A stretch of 7,974 nucleotides of DNA from a virus. Lineage: Duplodnaviria > Heunggongvirae > Uroviricota > Caudoviricetes. Under the pieces are notes generated by a model, which was not told where the DNA came from, ran no database searches, and saw only the letters and a program-made list of their open reading frames with translations. Positions 1 through 6,052 of the stretch are shown piece by piece. The position numbers and the translations under genes were made by a program. The stretch lies in IMG/VR virus record IMGVR_UViG_2648501437_000023. One strand, given 5' to 3'. How positions within the stretch are numbered: the first letter of the stretch is position 1; each line of letters begins with the position of its first letter.

Positions 1-1
1 G

Positions 2-73
2 TACCGCAAAATTCTCGCGGACACTGAGCAGGAAAAGCACCTGAAAAAATTACGAGCCATAAAAAGGAAGTAA
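2..73 (+). CDS. 3' end of an upstream ORF truncated by the window edge (product unknown)
   Basis: Frame open from the window start to TAA at 71-73 (…YRKILADTEQEKHLKKLRAIKRK*). Too short to assign; listed only because it abuts the next small ORF in the same orientation. Confidence 0.2.
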   Translation, partial: YRKILADTEQEKHLKKLRAIKRK

Positions 74-76
74 AGA

Positions 77-223
77 ATGAATAAAGCATTTGAACAATGG
101 GTCCACCAGCGTTACGGCAATCGCTATGACCTGACGCGAGATGTTGACGGCTTCTACTGTCGTGAAGTTGTGAAGCGAATGTTTGACGTGTGGTGCCACT
201 GCCGTGGGCTGAGTGTTATGTGA
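77..223 (+). CDS. small hypothetical protein (48 aa), prophage-associated
   Basis: ATG at 77 to TGA at 221-223 (MNKAFEQWVHQRYGNRYDLTRDVDGFYCREVVKRMFDVWCHCRGLSVM). Not in the supplied ORF track (below its length cutoff). Same strand as, and tightly packed against, the downstream xis-like gene. No family recognised. Confidence 0.35.
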   Translation: MNKAFEQWVHQRYGNRYDLTRDVDGFYCREVVKRMFDVWCHCRGLSVM

Positions 224-231
224 GGTGATGT

Positions 232-441
232 ATGGGGCTGGATTGCGTGCCTATATCAACCTACTGCCGCGACGCGGGAGAAACGGTTGATGCCGTTAAC
301 AAACGGATACAAAGAGGAATATGGAAAGAAGGGGTTCATGTATTAAAAGTCGACGGAGTTAAAGAACGCTGGGTCGACTTAATAGAGGTTTCAAAATGGG
401 CAAGAAAGAACAAGGATTATTATCTCTGCCAAGAGGAGTAA
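232..441 (+). CDS. excisionase-like small DNA-binding protein (putative Xis / recombination directionality factor)
   Basis: 69-aa ORF immediately upstream of, and overlapping by 46 nt, a tyrosine integrase on the same strand. GAGGTGA Shine-Dalgarno at 223-229. Size, basic/aromatic composition and position match prophage Xis-like proteins; the family call is from memory, not a search. Confidence 0.5.
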   Translation: MGLDCVPISTYCRDAGETVDAVNKRIQRGIWKEGVHVLKVDGVKERWVDLIEVSKWARKNKDYYLCQEE

Positions 442-1574
442 CTATTCGTAAGCATAAAACTGCTTCAACACTAGTTATCACTTTCACATATAAAGGGGTT
501 CTTTGCAGGGAGCCCCTGTCTCGGCTTGAGGCAAATACACGTGGTATTAAATATGCTGAGCGCCTGCTAGGGGAGATACAAAATCAGATCGCCAGCGGAA
601 CGTTTGAATATGCGAAATATTTCCCCAGTTCCAAAAAACTGGAGTTATTCGGTGTAGTAAAGAAAACCAAAAATATTAAGTCCTATCTTGATGAATACCT
701 GAAAATTTGCATGAACCGCAATCTGTCGCCGTCAACCATTGGCGGTTACGAAAAATGTCTATCAGCACTATCAGAACTACATAAACTACATGTAACAGAA
801 TTGACGCCTGCGGTACTAAAAAATTGGATAGCCAGCCGAAAAACTAAGCTGAAAACAATCAGGAATAACCTGTCATTTCTGCGCAGCGCCATTGATGAGG
901 CTGTAACTGATGGCCTGTTGACTATTAACCCGGTAACTCTTGTCAGCGCCAGCCGGTATCACGTGGTCGACAGTAAACCGAACGCCGACGATTACGAAGT
1001 TGATCCGTTTGCGCCTGCGGAAACCAGTGCCATATATCAGCACTGCAAGTATCAGGAATGGCAGAATCTGTTCCGCTTCGCCTTCAATACAGGGCTACGC
1101 AGCTCTGAGCTATGCGCATTACGTTGGACCGATATCGACTTTATAGGTAATACAGCGCACATACAGGCGGCCAGTGTCGTAGGGGTACTTAAAGGCACCA
1201 AGACAAAAGCCGGTACCCGTAAGGTGGAGCTGAACAGTGAGGCGCTGGCGGCCCTGCAGGCGCAGAAGCAATACACCTTTATGAAAAGTGAGTTCATATT
1301 CAGCGATCCGAAAACGGGAGATCCCTGGACGAACGCCGACGCTATCCGTAAAAAAGCATGGGTGCCGACCCTGAAAAAAGCTGGTGTGCGCTACCGTAAC
1401 CCGTACCAGACGCGCCACACATTCGCCACCAGACACATTAGCCAGGGTGTAAACCTTTTCTGGCTTGCCGGGCAGATGGGGCATAAGGGGCCGGAAATGC
1501 TGTTCCGCAATTACGGTAAATACCTGGCTGAATACGACGGGAAAACCGCAATGGAATCTGGAATGACTCAATAA
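396..1574 (+). CDS. int: tyrosine recombinase (phage integrase family)
   Basis: 392-aa ORF with AGAGG Shine-Dalgarno 7 nt upstream of ATG 396. C-terminal catalytic signature visible in the translation: GLRSSEL (box I Arg), TRHTFATRH, GHKG, and terminal RNYGKY (nucleophile Tyr). N-terminus (LPRGVTIRKHK…FTYKG) resembles the arm-type DNA-binding domain of enterobacterial prophage integrases. Confidence 0.9.
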   Translation: MGKKEQGLLSLPRGVTIRKHKTASTLVITFTYKGVLCREPLSRLEANTRGIKYAERLLGEIQNQIASGTFEYAKYFPSSKKLELFGVVKKTKNIKSYLDEYLKICMNRNLSPSTIGGYEKCLSALSELHKLHVTELTPAVLKNWIASRKTKLKTIRNNLSFLRSAIDEAVTDGLLTINPVTLVSASRYHVVDSKPNADDYEVDPFAPAETSAIYQHCKYQEWQNLFRFAFNTGLRSSELCALRWTDIDFIGNTAHIQAASVVGVLKGTKTKAGTRKVELNSEALAALQAQKQYTFMKSEFIFSDPKTGDPWTNADAIRKKAWVPTLKKAGVRYRNPYQTRHTFATRHISQGVNLFWLAGQMGHKGPEMLFRNYGKYLAEYDGKTAMESGMTQ

Positions 1575-1652
1575 GACGTTTTTCGCCAAATGGCGTAATG
1601 TTCAAGTCCTTGTTATATGAAGGTATTAACGCAGGAGCCATTCAGCAACCTT

Positions 1653-1994
1653 TTAATGGTAGTTAATTTCCCTGTAGTTCTTCTGCATGTATAGAGCAAT
1701 TGCCGCTTCAATTTTCTTCAGCAGATTACTGCTTACATACTGAGGATACTGATCTGCTGGCTTCACAACATAGCGCAATTTTTCTTTGTTCATGGCGATC
1801 TCAGCGAACGGGATCACGTCACCGTCACGAACCTCATTGTTCAATGTCACAATAAACAGCTGACGTGCCGGGGAGACACGATCACTCAGTCTTCTCACGA
1901 AGAACTCGTTTGCTGTGTTTGAGTCAACAAAAGAACTGACGAGTTGAGTCCGACGCTCAATCGTCTGTATCGATCTTCTCGCTACTGTTCTCAT
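1653..1994 (-). CDS. hypothetical protein (113 aa) between int and the att site; possible moron/cargo gene
   Basis: Minus-strand ORF with AGGAG Shine-Dalgarno (plus-strand CTCCT at 2001-2005) 6 nt upstream of its ATG (1992-1994). Convergent with int. No recognisable motifs. Confidence 0.5.
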   Translation of the reverse strand: MRTVARRSIQTIERRTQLVSSFVDSNTANEFFVRRLSDRVSPARQLFIVTLNNEVRDGDVIPFAEIAMNKEKLRYVVKPADQYPQYVSSNLLKKIEAAIALYMQKNYREINYH

Positions 1995-2010
1995 GCTAGT
2001 CTCCTCAACA

Positions 2011-2071
2011 CTTCACTGGCTGTGCAGTGAAGGTACAAAAAGCCACTGATGATAACAGCGTCATCAGTGGC
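2011..2071 (-). terminator. two adjacent perfect hairpins; the second is followed by a T5 run on the minus strand (possible intrinsic terminator or structured leader)
   Basis: Hairpin 1: cttcactg (2011-2018) / cagtgaag (2025-2032), 8-bp stem, 6-nt loop. Hairpin 2: gccactgatga (2042-2052) / tcatcagtggc (2061-2071), 11-bp perfect stem, 8-nt loop; plus-strand AAAAA at 2037-2041 gives TTTTT directly 3' of the hairpin on the minus strand. Sits just upstream of the minus-strand gene 1653-1994. Confidence 0.3.
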
Positions 2072-2323
2072 CCTTGATGGTGATAACCGCAGTTACCTAA
2101 ATAGTATGATATTACCTTACGGGTAATTCTTCAACGATTGCTCTGAATTGAATAGTCTTGAAGTGCTATGAACAGCACAAAACAGCGCTAATCACCGCCC
2201 CAGTGGCGCCTAAACACTTCAAAATGTTGGACAGAATCAGGACGTTAGAGGTACTACAATATGCACGTAAAATGCACGTGAGGTATTTTAAATTAGAAAA
2301 ATCATTAATATTCAATTGGTTAA

Positions 2324-2364
2324 GAATTTTTCGGATACGGGTTCAACTCCCGCCAGCTCCACCA
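2324..2364 (+). other. ssrA: 3'-terminal fragment of tmRNA (ssrA): T-arm, acceptor 3' strand and CCA; att-site remnant, not an intact tmRNA gene
   Basis: tcggatacgggttcaactcccgccagctccacca matches the enterobacterial tmRNA 3' end as I recall it (…TCGGACGCGGGTTCAACTCCCGCCAGCTCCACCA) with two substitutions. The ~320 nt upstream (2000-2320) contains no tmRNA 5' acceptor strand or tag-peptide reading frame, so only the 3' end is present. Confidence 0.7.
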
Positions 2365-2400
2365 CTTTTTAGTTGTTTGAAGTTCAATGAAGTCTACTAA

Positions 2401-2432
2401 GCCCACACAGCACAAGCTCTGCGGGCTTTTTT
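2401..2432 (+). terminator. possible rho-independent terminator downstream of the ssrA 3' fragment
   Basis: Imperfect hairpin gcccacacag (2401-2410) / ctctgcgggc (2417-2426), 8 of 10 positions paired, followed by TTTTTT at 2427-2432. Confidence 0.35.
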
Positions 2433-2489
2433 ACGTCTATTGTCGTCCAGTGAGAATTGCTGAGAACTACGAGTTATGGCACCCTGAAT

Positions 2490-2526
2490 GGGACCCACTA
2501 AGAAGGGTCCAAAAACCGAGGGTCCC
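2490..2526. promoter_or_regulatory. GGGACCC … GGGTCC … GGGTCCC repeat set overlapping the integrase ribosome-binding site
   Basis: GGGACCC at 2490-2496 is the exact reverse complement of GGGTCCC at 2520-2526; a direct GGGTCC copy sits at 2505-2510, each followed by an A-run. The distal copy overlaps the GAGGG Shine-Dalgarno (2518-2522) of the integrase start at 2530. Confidence 0.25.
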
Positions 2527-2529
2527 AAA

Positions 2530-3759
2530 ATGGCAAAAATCGCTAAGAAGCTCACTGACACTGAAATCAAAAGCACCAAGCCAGCCGATAAAGAAATCAA
2601 CTTGTTTGACGGTGATGGTCTGATTCTACGAATCGCTCCTTTGGCGAAAGGAGGCAAGAAAAATTGGTATTTCAGGTATGCAGTACCAGTGAGCAAGAAA
2701 AGAACCAAAATGAGCCTTGGGACATATCCTCACCTTACCCTTGCAAGAGCCAGAGCCTTACGTGATGAATATCTCTCCTTTCTGGCAAATGGTGTTGATC
2801 CCCAAATCCATAACAACGATAAGGCGAAGGCATTAAAGAGTGCTACTGAGCACACTCTCCAAGCCGTAGCGCGGAAATGGTTAGATGAGAAGGTAAAGAC
2901 ATCAGGTATCTCACAAGACCATGCAGCAGACATCTGGCGCAGCTTAGAGAGAAATGTCTTTCCCGGTCTGGGTAATGTCCCTATCAATGAGATCCGACCT
3001 AAGCTCTTAAAACAACACCTTGATCCTATTGAGCAACGAGGCGTATTGGAAACTCTACGCCGTATCATTTCACGTCTGAATGAAATCTTCCGGTGGGCAG
3101 CTACTGAAGAACTTATTGAGTTCAACCCGGCTGACAACCTTGGTCAAAGATTCAGTAAACCAAAAAAGCAAAATATGCCTGCCCTTCCCCCAAGCGAATT
3201 GCCAAGGTTTATGGAATCTTTGACGAATGCGTCAATCCGGTTGGAAACACGTATGCTAATTGAATGGCAATTGTTGACATGGGTTCGTCCGGGTGAAGCC
3301 GTTCGCGCAAGGTGGTCTGATATTGATACAACCAACAGCATTTGGAACATTCCTGCTGATTTCATGAAAATGAAAAAGCTTCACAAAGTTCCTTTGAGTA
3401 AAGAAGCTTTGCGCATCCTTGAATTAATGAAATCAATAAGTGGGCATAGAGAATGGGTTTTCCCCAGCATAAAAGCGCCTCTTAATCATATGCATGAACA
3501 AACAGCCAACGCAGCTATCATCCGAATGGGGTTCGGAGGCGAGCTTGTAGCTCACGGTATGCGTTCTATTGCACGAACAGCGGCAGAGGAGTCTGGTAAA
3601 TTCAGAGCTGAAGTTCTTGAGGCAGCGCTTGCCCACTCGAAAAAAGATGAAATTATCGCAGCATACAATCGTGCAGAATATCTGATAGAGCGACAGAGTT
3701 TGATGCAATGGTGGAGTGATTACGTTCAAGCTCAAAGATCAAATGCTCTGGTAGCCTAA
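2530..3759 (+). CDS. int: P4-type (IntA/CP4-57-like) tyrosine integrase
   Basis: N-terminus MAKIAKKLTDTEIKSTKPADKEINLFDGDGLILRI matches the P4-family arm-binding domain. Catalytic motifs VRPGEAVRARWSDID, AHGMRSIART, LAHS, AYNRAEY. GAGGG Shine-Dalgarno 7 nt upstream of ATG 2530; the track's 2488 start adds 14 residues with no RBS, so 2530 is preferred. Lies about 165 bp downstream of the ssrA 3' fragment, the typical ssrA-int arrangement. Confidence 0.9.
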   Translation: MAKIAKKLTDTEIKSTKPADKEINLFDGDGLILRIAPLAKGGKKNWYFRYAVPVSKKRTKMSLGTYPHLTLARARALRDEYLSFLANGVDPQIHNNDKAKALKSATEHTLQAVARKWLDEKVKTSGISQDHAADIWRSLERNVFPGLGNVPINEIRPKLLKQHLDPIEQRGVLETLRRIISRLNEIFRWAATEELIEFNPADNLGQRFSKPKKQNMPALPPSELPRFMESLTNASIRLETRMLIEWQLLTWVRPGEAVRARWSDIDTTNSIWNIPADFMKMKKLHKVPLSKEALRILELMKSISGHREWVFPSIKAPLNHMHEQTANAAIIRMGFGGELVAHGMRSIARTAAEESGKFRAEVLEAALAHSKKDEIIAAYNRAEYLIERQSLMQWWSDYVQAQRSNALVA

Positions 3760-3797
3760 GTATCAGAATAGCTAATATAATCCTGAAGGTAAAGAAA

Positions 3798-4214
3798 ATG
3801 GAAACCCTATTCAAAGTTTTTGAAAAATTTAGTTCCAGACCACTTTTTTTTATTTTTTTCGGACTCTCACTTTGTGAATTTTTTCAGAAACAATCTGTTC
3901 TGATGAATCCATCAGCAGATAACATCGCGAAATTATTCGCAGCCATGATATTAGTTGTTTTTTTTACTTGGGGATTTGAATGGCTAATCTTCAAGTTCAA
4001 TGTAAACCTTGAACCTCATGATCAAGGCGATATTGGACCAACAATTGGAACGGCTACTTTAGCTGTATACTTAGTTTATGCCTTTCACTTTCTCAGTGAA
4101 AATCCTGAAGCATTAAATTTAAAGTTATTAACTAACTCTGGCTTTATATACAGCACAACTCTATTATTATTCTCATTAGAATGCATGAAGCTTAGAAGAC
4201 TTAAACAAAAATAA
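3798..4214 (+). CDS. small integral membrane protein (138 aa, 3-4 predicted TM helices), function unknown
   Basis: Hydrophobic stretches PLFFIFFGLSLCEFF, IAKLFAAMILVVFFTWGF, IGTATLAVYLVYAFHFL, GFIYSTTLLLFSL. AT-rich like the downstream operon. Weak RBS, so start and expression are uncertain. Confidence 0.45.
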   Translation: METLFKVFEKFSSRPLFFIFFGLSLCEFFQKQSVLMNPSADNIAKLFAAMILVVFFTWGFEWLIFKFNVNLEPHDQGDIGPTIGTATLAVYLVYAFHFLSENPEALNLKLLTNSGFIYSTTLLLFSLECMKLRRLKQK

Positions 4215-4285
4215 ACAACATCATTGTGATGATAAATATAAAATAGGCATGGCGAAAAAAAATCACCACGCCTAAAATATAATAA

Positions 4286-6052
4286 TTATGGTAGCATCAT
4301 TGATACATAATCCACACCAATCCTTGAGCTATACTGAGACGCTATAGCCTGATATCTTTCTGCATAACCAGTTCTCAGTTGAGATTTAAGTTTGAGTCGG
4401 ACAGGAACATTTTGCACGTTGCCATCCATATTACTTAAAAACACGGCAGAAATAATATTTTTTTCTTCGCCATCAACTGTTGTTCCATGATTCAACACCA
4501 CCATATAATCAACAACAGGAAGCGTTTTATCCCCTTCGAAAATAGAGAGATATTTTCTTTGATTTTTATGCATTACATATATATATTTCGAATGTTCAGC
4601 AAATGGCAATGCTTTACTCTGACTGGCGTTAAAAAGCTCCAGAACTTTAATGAGCCTGTGCGGACTTAATCTTACATGGTGAGGGTCGTTACCCTGAGTA
4701 GGAACCAAATCACATGCCGCAGATACACATAAATACCATTTGTTCGACTCTGTATCAAAGAAAATAGTGCCAGTAGAAATATGACCATCTTCAAAATTCT
4801 TTGAAGACAAATTCATATTTAAAGCATGATACATTTCGTGATAAGTATCATTATTTGATGGCAGATCCATTTTTGAAGAGCAATATTGGAGCAATGCAGC
4901 AACTCCGCTGTTAGCGTATTCATTTGAATAGCTATCAAAAACACTTTTGATAAATTCATCCAGCGTATTATTATTTTTAAGTCTTTGATAAAGCTCTTCT
5001 GATAAATTACCAAATACAAAGTCAATATTTCTACATCTAATATCAGGCGAGTCTGATTTTAATATCTCATTTAACCACGCAGCTTGACCGTAATGATCGT
5101 TAGCCAAATGATTTACAAAAGATAAAGCCTCAGCTTCGATTGCATTCTGAATTTCAGATTTTATTAACTGATAATAAGATGGTTTCCATTCAATGAGAGA
5201 ATCATTGAGAGTTTGCCAAATCCTATCTCCATCGTTTTCATGATCATCTTGAACCTTATGAAATAGGGAGACAAAGATATTACCACATTGAATCCATTTT
5301 ACTCCGCTTTCATCACCCCGAATGACATTGCCAGATGTGTTGCTAGAAATAATTGCATTTCTAGACACAGCATATTCTGCAATCATTTTTGCAATGAAGT
5401 TTTTATCCTTTTGTTCCTCCAACACAGCATCATCATGTATTAATCTTTTAATTCTTCTACAAGGCTTACTGTCTTTAATATAGGCTATTGTTTCATCTCT
5501 TGTGAGAGCTTTATTACCATTATCATTTAAGTTCGGTAATACAACGTCTTCCCAATAACTTTGGACATCTTCATTATCGTAGTCAATGATCAAGCTGTTG
5601 ATATCCAGAGCACCTTTGAGAGTCGATGATATCTGCATCCAAACCGTTTCTAAATTCTCTCTAGTATATATTACAATCATATTTAAATGATCGGAGTCTT
5701 TCAAATCTTGTAATAGTTTAAGTGTTTTATCAGGTGCATTATTATCAAGATGATAATCTACAATAATAAGATCTGATTTTCTAATCCGATCCACATCGAA
5801 ATTAACAGAACCATTGTCAACATCACAAATCATATTTTTAGATTGAAAAAAGCTCTCAAGAGTAGCGGCTCGTTTAGATGAGTCAATTTTGTTGTAGTCT
5901 AAATCAACTTCGTTATTCAACGCCCTGATTGATTCAGAATACGTCAGAAAATCGTCATCAATCATGACAACGGAACGAATTGCATTTTCGCAGAAAGTTT
6001 TCTGGACAAGAGAATTATAATTTGCCACTGTCATATTAGAACTCCACTCCAT
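4286..6052 (-). CDS. response-regulator-like protein: N-terminal receiver (REC) domain plus ~450-aa C-terminal domain of unknown function (candidate effector)
   Basis: 588-aa ORF. REC hallmarks: VVMIDDD (acidic pair, D32-D34), DLIIVDYHLDNNAPDKTLKLL (phospho-acceptor Asp D99; codon checked at 5756-5758), NMIVIYT (conserved Thr), STLK (Lys). Rest of the protein shows no HTH or other recognisable output motif. Alternative start at 6034 (MTVANY…) has a GGAG Shine-Dalgarno 7 nt upstream and sits 1 nt after the kinase stop. Confidence 0.8.
   Translation of the reverse strand: MEWSSNMTVANYNSLVQKTFCENAIRSVVMIDDDFLTYSESIRALNNEVDLDYNKIDSSKRAATLESFFQSKNMICDVDNGSVNFDVDRIRKSDLIIVDYHLDNNAPDKTLKLLQDLKDSDHLNMIVIYTRENLETVWMQISSTLKGALDINSLIIDYDNEDVQSYWEDVVLPNLNDNGNKALTRDETIAYIKDSKPCRRIKRLIHDDAVLEEQKDKNFIAKMIAEYAVSRNAIISSNTSGNVIRGDESGVKWIQCGNIFVSLFHKVQDDHENDGDRIWQTLNDSLIEWKPSYYQLIKSEIQNAIEAEALSFVNHLANDHYGQAAWLNEILKSDSPDIRCRNIDFVFGNLSEELYQRLKNNNTLDEFIKSVFDSYSNEYANSGVAALLQYCSSKMDLPSNNDTYHEMYHALNMNLSSKNFEDGHISTGTIFFDTESNKWYLCVSAACDLVPTQGNDPHHVRLSPHRLIKVLELFNASQSKALPFAEHSKYIYVMHKNQRKYLSIFEGDKTLPVVDYMVVLNHGTTVDGEEKNIISAVFLSNMDGNVQNVPVRLKLKSQLRTGYAERYQAIASQYSSRIGVDYVSMMLP

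Larger units (their letters stand above)
1..2364. mobile_element. integrase-proximal arm of an integrated prophage-like element (left boundary outside window), ending at the ssrA-type att remnant
   Basis: Small ORF, xis-like gene and int on one strand, transcribed toward the att remnant at 2324-2364 (lambda-like xis->int->att polarity). Confidence 0.5.

Noticed and set aside
940-1641. Track ORFs 940-1146(+), 1052-1297(-), 1119-1589(-), 1438-1641(-) inside or antisense to the first integrase
   Set aside because: Entirely nested in or antisense to a well-supported integrase CDS; no RBS and low-complexity translations. Treated as shadow ORFs.
1575-1652. Terminator in the convergent gap after the first integrase (cgcc-aaat-ggcg)
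   Set aside because: Only a 4-bp stem, with the T-run on the wrong side for the plus strand and an A-run on the minus strand; too weak to call.
2000-2364. Intact tmRNA (ssrA) gene
   Set aside because: Only the 3'-terminal ~40 nt match tmRNA; no 5' acceptor strand or tag-peptide reading frame in the ~320 nt upstream. Interpreted as an att fragment.
2488-2529. Upstream start (ATG 2488) for the P4-type integrase
   Set aside because: Adds 14 residues (MGPTKKGPKTEGPK) absent from the typical P4-family N-terminus, has no Shine-Dalgarno, and the ATG at 2530 has a GAGGG RBS at ideal spacing. Kept only as an alternative.
2158-2623. Track ORFs 2158-2400(+) and 2387-2623(+) spanning the ssrA fragment and the integrase 5' region
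   Set aside because: They run through the att remnant and terminator-like hairpin or overlap the integrase start out of frame; no RBS and no recognisable protein features.
2397-3735. Antisense ORFs within the P4-type integrase (2397-2708, 2730-3137, 3144-3365, 3433-3735, all minus strand)
   Set aside because: Antisense to a confidently called integrase; typical shadow ORFs.
4487-5025. Track ORFs 4487-4669(+) and 4819-5025(-) inside the REC-effector gene
   Set aside because: Nested in or antisense to a 588-aa ORF with clear domain motifs; AT-rich sequence readily generates short spurious ORFs.
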